A stretch of DNA of 34,022 nt from Chloroflexota bacterium (GCA_013697395.1 JACCWY010000414.1:1-34022); one strand, 5' to 3'. Numbered from the stretch's first letter, positions 24,601-32,743 are shown. The notes: generated by a model from the sequence alone, not told the origin. Numbers and translations are program-made.

Positions 24601-24858
24601 TCGTACTCGGCGGTGAGCTTCTCGCTCGAAGGGCCGGGCGTGGATGTCGTGACTGGCTCAGCGGGGTTCAACGCGTTCAAGCCGGCCATCACGACCGGCC
24701 AGTTCGTCATCGTCCAGCCGAACGGGACCGGCTCGTTCGCCGTGGAAGTCGACAATGGCGAATGGAAGAAGACTCCGGCCAAGGGGCTCATGGTCGTCGC
24801 GCTTGATAACGCGGCGGGTGCTCCAGAAGCGCAGCTGATTCCAGTGCCGGCCCCGTAG
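21625..24858 (+). CDS. Secreted multidomain subtilisin-like (S8) serine protease with I9 propeptide, PA domain and long C-terminal beta-rich region (1077 aa)
   Basis: Signal peptide MIRRLFVLVSVLTLVLPSTVFA. I9-like propeptide. Catalytic contexts GIIDTGLDYTH, HGSHVGGT, SGTSMASPHVAG. PA insert NVAGKIVVTVRGGCARVARAVHAQQAGAAGAIMID. Confidence 0.95.
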   Translation: MIRRLFVLVSVLTLVLPSTVFAEDPSVADRFPSSPSRGIVDPAVLPAAIDDSRSVTVMVQLEGDPVAVVQAESNRKLTRAERDAIKAQLKARQDAITDDIAAQGGEVESQLQSAYNGIRVRVSRRDAAALASLPGVIGVRGLQVQTIENATSVPFLGVPAVWQSTGFTGENISVGIIDTGLDYTHANFDGPGTAAAYDAADALDITIGDAGDAGLFGPDAPKVKGGFDFSGDTYDASSDDPAINTPKPDPDPLDCQGHGSHVGGTTGGFGVLADGTTYGDDEGETYDESTHLNEFKVGPGVAPNVDLYALRVFGCDGSTDLTVNAIDWAVDNELDVINMSLGSPFGRATDPSAVASTNAAAAGVIVVASAGNSGANPYITGAPGAGDGAISVAAVDSSATFPAAILGLSTGASVTAINANAADLPAGPLPIHVLRNPDGTVSLGCNGIGAGGAPLPGSTPGEYAAQNVAGKIVVTVRGGCARVARAVHAQQAGAAGAIMIDTSPGFPPFEGEITGNPDIPGHEYLVTIPFLGVRGVLGPNPTEDGDLVVAADGGTTTLTATTLTNPGFRGFASFSSGGPRNGDSAAKPNIAAPGVSTLSTDVGTGTGGTRMSGTSMASPHVAGVAALVRESHPDWSVEDVSAAIQNYADPSAVAGYRLTRAGTGLVDTAESVAADVVALGDGVTAEDAEGNPVGFMTASLSYGFAELGANFSGTRTLTVRNHGDADVTLNLGSEPSPQSRPASLAFGAAALTVPAGGESAVEVTLNVPVASVGGSFSTNQFAFREASGNVTLSSGELVLRVPYLLVPRALSNVETALDGPLTTSGANRKQTATVTNEGGTLTTAADVYAWGLEDPDDMNEGALGGGGYDVRAVGVQSFDAEEALGDRAFRNDRLLVFAINNWSRWSTAAVNEWDINVDSNGDGSPDYIVVAIDSGAIRTGSFNGLLEVFFVDLATGDLFASGFLASSPTDSSTLLLPVLASDLGLSNSARQFSYSAVSFSLEGPGVDVVTGSAGFNAFKPAITTGQFVIVQPNGTGSFAVEVDNGEWKKTPAKGLMVVALDNAAGAPEAQLIPVPAP

Positions 24859-24880
24859 CCGGCTACCGTTCCTCGCAACC

Positions 24881-24912
24881 GAAGCCCTCGCCGGTCAGCC
24901 GGCGGGGGCTTC
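24881..24912. terminator. Strong hairpin GAAGCCCTCGCCGG-tcag-CCGGCGGGGGCTTC between convergent genes (bidirectional terminator candidate)
   Basis: 14-bp stem (one G-U) read directly, 23 nt after the S8 stop and 18 nt after the lipoprotein stop. Confidence 0.6.
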
Positions 24913-24929
24913 GACTTATCCCGGATCGA

Positions 24930-25394
24930 TCAGCCGCCGCGCGGAAGGTCCGATTCGCAGAGCCGCGGCTCGCCGTCCAGCGGCACGCGGTAGTCGAACT
25001 CGTCACCGTCGACCTTCACCACGACCCGGAACCCGTCGACCAGTGCCTGCGTGTACGCCTGGCCGGGCTTTGGGCATCCCAGCGAGCCGTCGTTCCAGGT
25101 CACCGTCTCGAAGCTCACCAGCTCCACCGCTTCTGCTTCCAGGGTCCCATCGACATGAGTCTCCAGGGCGCCGATGACGGCAGCCCAGACGTCGTCCGGA
25201 ACCTCGCTCGGGCCGTCGACGGCCGGCTCCGACGCGAGCGGCGACGTCGTTTCGAACGGCTCGCGGGTCGGGGACTCGCTCGTCTGGGGATCGATGTCGC
25301 TCGTGGCCCCCGGCCCGATCCCGGCGGCGCAGGCCGAGATGAGGCCGATCGCGAGGACCGGCGCGGCGAGCCTAGCGAACGCTGGGTGCTTCAT
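24930..25394 (-). CDS. Predicted lipoprotein of unknown function (154 aa) with a Pro/Glu/Ser-rich linker and a two-Cys C-terminal domain
   Basis: Signal peptide plus lipobox MKHPAFARLAAPVLAIGLISAC. C-terminal VTWNDGSLGCPKPGQAYTQALVDGFRVVVKVDGDEFDYRVPLDGEPRLCE. Confidence 0.7.
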   Translation of the reverse strand: MKHPAFARLAAPVLAIGLISACAAGIGPGATSDIDPQTSESPTREPFETTSPLASEPAVDGPSEVPDDVWAAVIGALETHVDGTLEAEAVELVSFETVTWNDGSLGCPKPGQAYTQALVDGFRVVVKVDGDEFDYRVPLDGEPRLCESDLPRGG

Positions 25395-25614
25395 CGGGTG
25401 CCAGACGGAATCGGCCGCGATGAGGTTGCAGCGGCGGCATCGGACCGTGGCCGTTGCAACAGAGAGTTCATGGTTCGTTGACGCATCGGGCCATTGTGCG
25501 CGGTTCGTCGCTGCTTATGCTGGACGCACCAATCCAACCACGCGATACGTCGCCCGAGCAGGCGACGACGCGCTTCAGCTGGAGGCCCTCCCCACCGGGA
25601 CCGCATCCGTCCCG

Positions 25615-28434
25615 ATGCCGCTCCATCGCCTGTTCGTGGTGATCGTCGCCCTCGCCATGGCGCTCGCGGCCATTGTCCCGATGGTCTCGCCGCCGGCCGC
25701 CCGCGCGACCTCGAGCTCCATCGTCATCACCCAGGTCTACGGCGGCGGCGGGAACTCCGGCGCAACGTACACGCACGACTTCATCGAGCTCTTCAACCTC
25801 GGCACCACCGCGGTCGACGTGAGCACCTGGTCGGTCCAGTACACGTCGGCGGCCGGGACGAGCTGGGCGCGCACGAACCTGTCGGGGATCATCCAGCCGG
25901 GTGCGTACTTCCTCGTTCAGCAGGCGCAGGGTGCGGGTGGAACGGCGCCCCTGCCTACCTCCGACGCCACGGGAACTACTGCGATGTCGGCGACGGCGGG
26001 CAAGGTCGCCCTGGTGACGAACCAGGTGACGCTCTCGGGCTGTGGTTCGGCCGAGACCCCCTGTCTACCGAGCGCGTCGATCCTGGACTTTGTCGGCTAT
26101 GGGAGCGGGGCGACCGAGTCCGAGACCGCTCCGGCGCCGACACTGAGCAACACAACTTCGGCCAGGCGACTCAACTCGTGCGTGGACTCCGACAACAACG
26201 CCGCGGACTTCGCTGCCGGAGCGCCGACCTCGCGGAACAGCGCGACGGTGACTCCCTGCGGCGCGGAGACGGATCCGAGCGGTATCGGTGCCGCCAATCC
26301 GAGCACGGTCGAGCAGGGCGGAACCTCCCTGCTGACGGTGACGGTGACGCCCGGTGCGAACCCCACCAGCACGGGACTGGCCGTGAGCGCCGACCTGACG
26401 GCCATCGGTGGATCGGCGACGCAGGCCTTCTTCGACAACGGCACGAACGGCGACCCGACTGCCGGCGACAACGTCTTCTCCTTCTCCGCCGTCGTGTCGA
26501 CAGGCACCACGCCCGGTGCCAAGTCCCTCCCGGCCACGATCGGCGACTCCGAGGCCCGCGCGGGCGAGGCCACCATCAACCTGACGGTCATCGCGCCGGC
26601 CGAGCCGACGGAGATCCACGAGATCCAGGGTGCCGGCCACACCTCGCCGCTGGTCGGCCAGACCGTCTTCAGGGTCGAGGGCGTCGTGACCGCCGTCCGC
26701 CCGCAGAGCTTCTACATGACCGACCCGACCCCGGATGCCGACGACGCCACCTCCGACGGCATCCTTGTCTTCCGCGGGTCCGCCCCCGGCGTCGGGGTGG
26801 GGGACCTCGTCCAGGTCAACGGCCGGGTCGGTGAGTTCCGGCCCGGCGGCTCGGGCAGCGACAACCTGACGACCACCCAGCTGACGAACCCGAGCTCGAC
26901 GAACCCGATCGCGATCCGGATCCTCTCGAGCGATAACACCCTCCCGGTGACGCTGGTCGGCACCGGGGGCCGCGTGCCGCCAGGCGAGGTGATCGACAAC
27001 GACTCGGCCGGCGGATCGGTCGAGAATGCGGGGGGCACCTTCGACCCGGCGCAGGACGGAATCGACTTCTGGGAGAGCCTCGAGGGCCAATACCTCCGTG
27101 TCAACAACGCCGTTGCCGTCGGTCCCACCAACGACTTCGGCGAGATTCCGGTCGTCGGTGACGGTGGCGCGAACGCCGGGCCGCGCACCTCGCGGGGTGG
27201 CGTGCTGATCACGCCGACGGACTTCAACCCTGAACGCATCATCCTGGACGACGCGCTGCTCCTGCCCGCTTCCGTACCGGACATGAACGTGGGCGACACC
27301 TTCACCACATCGGTCTTCGGCGTCCTCGACTACGACTTCGGTAACTTCAAGCTGCTGGTGACGGCGAATCTCGTGCGCGTCGACAGCGGCCTCACCCGCG
27401 AGGTCGCCGCCCCGACAGGTTCGCGACATCTCAGCATCGACACGTTCAACGTCGAGAATCTCGACCCCAACCCGGCTGATGGGGAGATCGACGACGTTGC
27501 CAGGCTGGGGGCGCTGATTGCGCGCAACCTCGCCTCGCCGGACATCCTGGCCATCGAGGAGATCCAGGACAACTCAGGCGGGTTCAATGACGGGACCACC
27601 GCTGCGGACCTGTCATGGGGCTCGCTCATCTCGGCCATCGCGTCGGCCGGCGGTCCGACCTACGAGTACCGGCAGATCGATCCGGTCAACAACTCCGACG
27701 GTGGCCAGCCGGGCGGCAACATCCGCGTCGGCTTCCTGTTCCGAGCCGATCGGGGCGTCCATTTCGTGGATCGCCCGGGCGGGACATCGCTCAACGAAAC
27801 CGACGTTCTCGCGGTCGAGCACGGGCGCAGCACGAGCGCCCAGCTGACGTTCAGCCCTGGACGGATCGGGACGGATGATCGCGCTTTCAATCAGACGCGC
27901 AAGTCGCTCGCCGGCGAGTTCCGCTGGCGCGGCGAGACGATCTTCGTCGTGGCGAACCACTTCAGCTCAAAGGGCGGTGACGACCCGCTCTTCGGGCGGT
28001 GGCAGCCGCCGGTGCGGTACACCGAGTTCGAGAATCCCGCAGGCACCGATGCCGATGGCTGGCGTCACGGGCAGGCCCAGGTGATCAACGGCTTCGTGGA
28101 CGAGGTCCTCGCCATCGAGCCCGACGCCAACGTCGTCGTGCTGGGAGACATCAACGACTTCCAGTTCAGCCGGACCGTCGAGATCCTCACCGGCGCCGCC
28201 GACGGTGCTCCAGTGCTGACGACGCTGTTCGACCAGCTGCCGTTGAACGAGCAGTACAGCTACGTCTTCGACGGCAACTCGCAGGTTCTCGACCAGATCC
28301 TCGTCAGCGACGCCGTTCTCGCGAGGTCGCCGACCTACGACGTCGTCCACGTGAACGCCGAGTTCTTCGACCAGGCGAGCGACCACGACCCCTCGGTCAT
28401 GCGTGTAGCCTTCCAGCCCCGGCGAGGCAAGTAG
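25615..28434 (+). CDS. ExeM/NucH-type extracellular nuclease (lamin-tail domain + Ig-like + OB-like + endonuclease/exonuclease/phosphatase domain)
   Basis: Signal peptide MPLHRLFVVIVALAMALAAIVPMVSPPAARA. LTD: IVITQVYGGGGNSGATYTHDFIELFNLG...AGKVALV. The EEP part runs LSIDTFNVENL...ILAIEEIQDN...ANHFSSKGGD...GDINDF...SDHDP. ATG 25615 was chosen inside the longer track ORF. Confidence 0.9.
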   Translation: MPLHRLFVVIVALAMALAAIVPMVSPPAARATSSSIVITQVYGGGGNSGATYTHDFIELFNLGTTAVDVSTWSVQYTSAAGTSWARTNLSGIIQPGAYFLVQQAQGAGGTAPLPTSDATGTTAMSATAGKVALVTNQVTLSGCGSAETPCLPSASILDFVGYGSGATESETAPAPTLSNTTSARRLNSCVDSDNNAADFAAGAPTSRNSATVTPCGAETDPSGIGAANPSTVEQGGTSLLTVTVTPGANPTSTGLAVSADLTAIGGSATQAFFDNGTNGDPTAGDNVFSFSAVVSTGTTPGAKSLPATIGDSEARAGEATINLTVIAPAEPTEIHEIQGAGHTSPLVGQTVFRVEGVVTAVRPQSFYMTDPTPDADDATSDGILVFRGSAPGVGVGDLVQVNGRVGEFRPGGSGSDNLTTTQLTNPSSTNPIAIRILSSDNTLPVTLVGTGGRVPPGEVIDNDSAGGSVENAGGTFDPAQDGIDFWESLEGQYLRVNNAVAVGPTNDFGEIPVVGDGGANAGPRTSRGGVLITPTDFNPERIILDDALLLPASVPDMNVGDTFTTSVFGVLDYDFGNFKLLVTANLVRVDSGLTREVAAPTGSRHLSIDTFNVENLDPNPADGEIDDVARLGALIARNLASPDILAIEEIQDNSGGFNDGTTAADLSWGSLISAIASAGGPTYEYRQIDPVNNSDGGQPGGNIRVGFLFRADRGVHFVDRPGGTSLNETDVLAVEHGRSTSAQLTFSPGRIGTDDRAFNQTRKSLAGEFRWRGETIFVVANHFSSKGGDDPLFGRWQPPVRYTEFENPAGTDADGWRHGQAQVINGFVDEVLAIEPDANVVVLGDINDFQFSRTVEILTGAADGAPVLTTLFDQLPLNEQYSYVFDGNSQVLDQILVSDAVLARSPTYDVVHVNAEFFDQASDHDPSVMRVAFQPRRGK

Positions 28435-28482
28435 CCGACGGATCCGGTCACGGGGTCGCCGGGCGAGGCCCTCCCGGCGGGC

Positions 28483-28653
28483 TCAGGCCATGTCGGGGTC
28501 GGGCTCGTCGCGCGGGGCGCCCATCGGCGGCTGATCGACGCCCGGCGCGCGCTGCTCCGGCTCGCCGTCCGGCGCGTCGGTCGGCGTCTCATCCGGCGTG
28601 TCGATCGGCGTCGTGGGTGGCATCTCGTCGTCGGGTGGCTGCTGAATCGTCAT
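28483..28653 (-). CDS. Possible micro-ORF, 56 aa, acidic and Pro/Thr-rich (MTIQQPPDDEMPPTTPIDTPDETPTDAPDGEPEQRAPGVDQPPMGAPRDEPDPDMA)
   Basis: Hand-translated (below the track cutoff). It starts 30 nt downstream of the corA stop on the same strand and has high GC3. There is no clear SD, and it is low-complexity. Confidence 0.3.
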   Translation of the reverse strand: MTIQQPPDDEMPPTTPIDTPDETPTDAPDGEPEQRAPGVDQPPMGAPRDEPDPDMA

Positions 28654-28683
28654 GCGCTCGACGGATGCAGGCCGCGTGCCGCC

Positions 28684-29673
28684 CTAGAACCATCCCTTGC
28701 GGCGGAAGTAGGTGACCGCAACGACCACGGCGGCCGCCATGATGCCCAGGGCCAGGGGGTACCCGAGCGGCTGGCGAAGCTCCGGCATGACGTCGAAGTT
28801 CATGCCGTAGATCCCGGCGATGAGCGTCGGCACCATCAGCACGACGGTGAACGCGGTGAGCCGCTTCATGATCGCGTTCAGGCTGTTGCTGGCCACGGTC
28901 AGGCGCGCATCGAGCACTGCCGCAAGCAGTTCCCGGTAGATGTCGACCTGGTCGAGTACGCGCACGAGGTGGTCGTACAGGTCCTGGTAGTACGGAGCCG
29001 ATGCGGCGTCCACGATCTCCAGATCCCGGCGAAGCAGGACATTCGCCACGTCGCGCATCGGCGCCAGGACGCGCCGCAGCTCGAGGAGGCGGCGCTTGAG
29101 GTGGAGGATCTCGGCCAGGCTCTCGCGGTCGGCCTCGCCCACCAGGACCTTGTCCTCGATGGCATCGATCCGATCCGATAGGGTGTCCAGCTCCGGAAAG
29201 TAGCTGTCGACGGCCGCGTCCAGGATTGCGTACGGGAGCTCACTGGTGGTGTTGATCCCGCCGTTCCGGCGGCCGGCGAACGCCCTCCGCACGGCGTCGC
29301 ACATCGGCGTCGCCGTCCACGTCACGCTCAGGAGCCACCCAGCGCCGACGAAGATGTGGATCTCGGAGAGCCCGTCCGGGGCATCGGCCACGGCCTCGTA
29401 AGCGACGATCATGTGCTGGCGCTCGTACGTGTCGAGCTTCGGGCGCTGGTGCTGCTTGCGGAGGTCCTCCAGCGCGAGCGGATGGAGCCTGAACTCCCTG
29501 CCGAGTGCGTCGATGTCATCGTCGTCGGGTGCGGTCGCGCTGACCCACACCAGCGTGCCATCGCGATCCGTCACTTGGTCGATCTCGTCGATTCGGCCGG
29601 CCGGCAGCTCCTCGACAGAACCGTCCGGGCTGCGGGCCAGGACGACGATGGAGGGCTCGACGGGATCGGTCAT
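28684..29673 (-). CDS. corA: CorA-family magnesium/cobalt transporter
   Basis: C-terminal two TM helices with the YGMNF (GMN) motif. N-terminal cytoplasmic domain. ATG 29673 (MTDPVEPSIVV...) is preferred over the longer track start. Confidence 0.9.
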   Translation of the reverse strand: MTDPVEPSIVVLARSPDGSVEELPAGRIDEIDQVTDRDGTLVWVSATAPDDDDIDALGREFRLHPLALEDLRKQHQRPKLDTYERQHMIVAYEAVADAPDGLSEIHIFVGAGWLLSVTWTATPMCDAVRRAFAGRRNGGINTTSELPYAILDAAVDSYFPELDTLSDRIDAIEDKVLVGEADRESLAEILHLKRRLLELRRVLAPMRDVANVLLRRDLEIVDAASAPYYQDLYDHLVRVLDQVDIYRELLAAVLDARLTVASNSLNAIMKRLTAFTVVLMVPTLIAGIYGMNFDVMPELRQPLGYPLALGIMAAAVVVAVTYFRRKGWF

Positions 29674-29802
29674 GGCGCGCGCAGTGTAGTGGCTGCTCCG
29701 GGCCTCGAGCGCACCGATTCCCGGCCGCCTACCCGGGTGAATACGACCACCGTCTAATGTGCTAGACTGCGGTAACACGTTATTCGCAGCACGGAGATCC
29801 CG

Positions 29803-30291
29803 ATGGGCTGGCTACCCGACCCGGTAGAGCGACTGCTGGACGTGGCGCTGGTGGGAGAGCTCACCGTCATCGGCCACAACGGGCGACCGGTCACGCACCC
29901 ACTGATTCCGCTCTATCACGAGGGGAGGATCTACCTTCACTCCTCGACGCTGTTCAGCAAGAAGCTCGAGCACATCAAGCGTGACCCACGGGTCGCGCTC
30001 GCCATCACGGACCCGGTGGCGACGAAGGGAAATCCCGACCGAGCCACGATCCAGGGAACGGCGCGGCTGATCGAGGAGGACCCGCACTCCGACTGGGAGC
30101 GTCTGATCCTGCGCCTGTGGCGGGCCAAGGAGCCCTCGATCGACGACTTCCTTAAGGTCCGCGTCGCGCTGCCGCTCTTCTTCGAGCGGGCGGTCATCGC
30201 GATCACGCCGGAGCGCTGCCTGTACTGGGCCGGCGGGCGGACCGATCTCGCGCCTGTCGAGACGCGCGCCCCGCGCAGCGAGGCCGCGTGA
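29803..30291 (+). CDS. Pyridoxamine 5'-phosphate oxidase-like (PPOX/FMN- or F420-binding split-barrel) family protein
   Basis: LVGELTVIGHNGRPVTHPLIPLYHEGRIYLHSS...IKRDPRVALAITDP is typical of the PPOX class. SD GGAGAT lies upstream of the ATG. Confidence 0.8.
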   Translation: MGWLPDPVERLLDVALVGELTVIGHNGRPVTHPLIPLYHEGRIYLHSSTLFSKKLEHIKRDPRVALAITDPVATKGNPDRATIQGTARLIEEDPHSDWERLILRLWRAKEPSIDDFLKVRVALPLFFERAVIAITPERCLYWAGGRTDLAPVETRAPRSEAA

Positions 30292-30484
30292 TGGCGATCG
30301 ACGCACCGATGCGATCCGTTCCATCGCCGCCCACGCGCCCACCGCGGCGGACTTCGAGCGTCTCGCGACGTATCCGCATCTCGTCGTCAGCTGGCTCGAG
30401 GCGGATGGCTATCCCACCAGCGTCGCCACGACCTTCGAGACCGATGCGACCGCCGGCATCATCCGCCTGGCCTCGCCCGGCGGC
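30290..30484 (+). other. Coding-looking extension upstream of the UbiA ORF, in the UbiA frame, with no ATG/GTG/TTG. It translates to a second PPOX-like N-terminal segment
   Basis: Hand translation of frame 2: ...DAIRSIAAHAPTAADFERLATYPHLVVSWLEADGYPTSVATTFETDATAGIIRLASPGG-MSIPT.... GC3 is strongly biased. The frame is open from the stop at 30104. The frame-0 ATG 30291 overlaps the upstream stop (UGAUG) but reads Arg/Pro/Ser junk. Confidence 0.55.
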
Positions 30485-31663
30485 ATGTCGATTCCGACCG
30501 ACCGCGAGGTCGGCGTCCTTGGCAGCCATATCCATCCCATCACCGGCGGCTACGACGAGCGCCGCCACCTCCAGCTGTGGGGCAGGTTCGACGGTGCTGA
30601 GGCGTTCACGCCGGACCGCGTCTGGGGATGGGACGAGGCCGAGACCCCCTTCTTCGAGTACTCGGAGCGCTCCGTCCCGCAATCCCGTCGCTACCTCGCG
30701 GCCCTGTCGAGGGAGAAGGGTCGCACGATCAGGCCACGGCTGTCACCCTTCTGGCTGGCGCTGCGCACGACGCGCCTGCCGTTCCTCTCGGCGACCGCCG
30801 TTCCGGTCCTGCTCGGCATCGCCGTGGCCGCCAGCCACGGCGCGTTCACCTGGTGGACGGCGCTGCTCACGCTCCTCGGAGGCTCCTTCGCGCACCTGGC
30901 CATCAACGTCACGAACGACATCTTCGACACGCTCTCCGGAGCCGACGAGGCCAACACCACGCCGACGCAGTTCTCCGGCGGGTCGCGCGTCGCGGTCTAC
31001 GACCTCGTGAGCATCCGTGGGCTGACCTGGGTCGCGCTGGCGCTCTTTGCAGCTGCGGCCGCCGTCGGCCTGCTGCTGGTCGCCGTCACGGGCTCGCTGA
31101 CCCTGGTCTGGATCGGCATCGCGGGGATTGCGGTCGGGGTCGCCTACACCGCTCCGCCCCTGAAGCTCGTGTATCGCGGGCTCGGCGAGATCGCCGTCGC
31201 CATCGGTTTCGGCCCCATCATGCTGCTGGGCGCGTACGTGGTGCAGACCGGGCGCCTGGGATCGGAGCCGCTCGTGGTCTCGCTGGTGCCCGGCATCCTG
31301 ATCGCGCTGATCCTGTTCGTGAACGAGATCCCCGACCGGCGGTCCGATGCCGAAGCCGGGAAAAGGACGCTGCCCGTTCGCTTCTCACCCGACGCCGTGC
31401 GCACGGGCTACCTCGTGGCCGCCCTGGCGGCCTTCGCGGTGATCGCGGGCGGCGCGGCGGGCGGGCTTCTGCCGTGGCCCACGCTCATCGCCCTGGCCGC
31501 GGTGCCACTGGCGCTGCGCGTCCACGCCGGGCTCAAGACGCATTACGACAGCCCCTATACGCTGATGGCGGTGATGGGCGCCAACGTGAACCTGAACCTG
31601 GTCGTCGGCGGGCTGCTGCTCCTCGCCTACGTGGCCACCATCGCGGCGATGCTCCTCGCCTAG
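30485..31663 (+). CDS. UbiA-family (MenA-like) polyprenyltransferase. The true 5' end is probably upstream, see the 30290-30484 feature
   Basis: NVTNDIFDTLSGAD (NDxxDx5D) and NEIPDRRSDAEAGKRTLPV motifs, with 8-9 TM helices. The first ~85 aa of the track ORF are soluble and continue the upstream PPOX-like segment. Confidence 0.85.
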   Translation: MSIPTDREVGVLGSHIHPITGGYDERRHLQLWGRFDGAEAFTPDRVWGWDEAETPFFEYSERSVPQSRRYLAALSREKGRTIRPRLSPFWLALRTTRLPFLSATAVPVLLGIAVAASHGAFTWWTALLTLLGGSFAHLAINVTNDIFDTLSGADEANTTPTQFSGGSRVAVYDLVSIRGLTWVALALFAAAAAVGLLLVAVTGSLTLVWIGIAGIAVGVAYTAPPLKLVYRGLGEIAVAIGFGPIMLLGAYVVQTGRLGSEPLVVSLVPGILIALILFVNEIPDRRSDAEAGKRTLPVRFSPDAVRTGYLVAALAAFAVIAGGAAGGLLPWPTLIALAAVPLALRVHAGLKTHYDSPYTLMAVMGANVNLNLVVGGLLLLAYVATIAAMLLA

Positions 31664-31693
31664 GCCGTTGCCTCGGCTCCACGGCAATGGTTT
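31664..31693 (+). terminator. Hairpin GCCGTTGCC-N10-GGCAATGGT followed by TTT, immediately after the UbiA stop
   Basis: 9-bp stem (two G-U pairs) read directly, with a short U-run. Confidence 0.35.
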
Positions 31694-31777
31694 GGACTGC
31701 CGGGTGGTGGGGCCTCGTGCCGACGGCCGGGCTGGCGGCCGGTTCGGCCCTGTCATCGGTGGCGCGCGGCCGTGCAG

Positions 31778-32743
31778 TCAGCGGTCGACGGTGACGAGCG
31801 CGGCGACGCGGTCCCGCTCCGTGTTGCGAGCGAACAGGAAGGTGGCGTCGACGAGCTCGGAACGGACTTCGAGGGCCGGGACCGTCTCGGTCACGGTGTG
31901 CATGGCGCCGATCCGTCCGCTGGTCCAGCTGCCGCCGATCAGGACCGGGGCGGGCGCGACGCCGCCGTCGTCGGCAAGCGGCTGCGCGGTGAGGAAGTTG
32001 CCCGTCGGTCCCCGGCGGACGAGCAGGAGCGCGCCGCCCGGATCGGTCATCGGCCGGCGGTTCGCGCCGATGCGCCCGCCATACGCCGTCGGCACCCGCT
32101 CGCCCACCCCGAGCGGGGTGGCCAGCACGTCGATCTCGGTGGTCGGCCTGAAGACTGGGTAGCCGGCGCGAACGCCCAGCAGGATCGCGAGCGCCAGGAT
32201 CACGGGCGGGATCGCGAGCGGCCAGGCGACCGACCGCTCCGGCTTCACGACAGGGTCGAGGGCGACGATTCGATCGGCCACGATGCGCGGAGGCGTACCG
32301 GCCACCGTCGCCGCGATGGGAAGCTCGTCTTCCACGACAACGGTCGCGCTGGTGAGGAAGCCGGTCGCCTGGGCGAGCTCCGCGTCCAGCAGTGGGGCGG
32401 TGCGACGGAGCACGATCGCCCGGAGCGGATTGTCGGCATCGACGAGGAGGGCGAACGACCCGCGCTCGCCGGTGGGCGACTGCCGCAGGGCCACGACCCG
32501 GCCGCGCAGCCGAATCCAGCCCTCGGGATGCGTCGTCGCAGCGTCGAAGAGTTGCTGCACCGTGACGTCCTCGGGCTGCGGGTCGAGCAGCGGCGCGACG
32601 ATGGGCACCGCGGCGGCGCCGAGCAGGAGCAGCGCGACGAGCACCGCCGGCGCGCTTCCCACCCGCCGGAGCGCAGTGGCGCCGAAAGGCCGGCCGAGCT
32701 GCCATGCCAGCCAGCCGCAGGTTGCCAGGATCCGTCCAGTCAC
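31778..32743 (-). CDS. Membrane protein of unknown function (about 321 aa, two predicted TM segments)
   Basis: TM1 APAVLVALLLLGAAAVPIVAPLL and TM2 WPLAIPPVILALAILLGV. GC3 is high. I chose GTG 32743 because the longer track ORF would run antisense through the tnaA start. GGAGGG lies upstream (32756-32761). Confidence 0.55.
   Translation of the reverse strand: MTGRILATCGWLAWQLGRPFGATALRRVGSAPAVLVALLLLGAAAVPIVAPLLDPQPEDVTVQQLFDAATTHPEGWIRLRGRVVALRQSPTGERGSFALLVDADNPLRAIVLRRTAPLLDAELAQATGFLTSATVVVEDELPIAATVAGTPPRIVADRIVALDPVVKPERSVAWPLAIPPVILALAILLGVRAGYPVFRPTTEIDVLATPLGVGERVPTAYGGRIGANRRPMTDPGGALLLVRRGPTGNFLTAQPLADDGGVAPAPVLIGGSWTSGRIGAMHTVTETVPALEVRSELVDATFLFARNTERDRVAALVTVDR

Noticed and set aside
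25174-25614. N-terminal 147-aa extension of the nuclease ORF. Similar upstream extensions occur at 8727..8981, 9670..9789, 13712..14092, 15249..15449, 16625..17335, 18944..19927 and 29674..29778.
   Set aside because: The extensions overlap divergent genes or promoters and have shadow-frame composition. Internal starts give canonical N-termini (signal peptide, Rossmann GxGxxG and so on).
29674-29802. Mg-sensing M-box leader upstream of corA.
   Set aside because: The divergent spacer is only about 128 nt and is shared with the PPOX promoter. I could see none of the conserved M-box helices.
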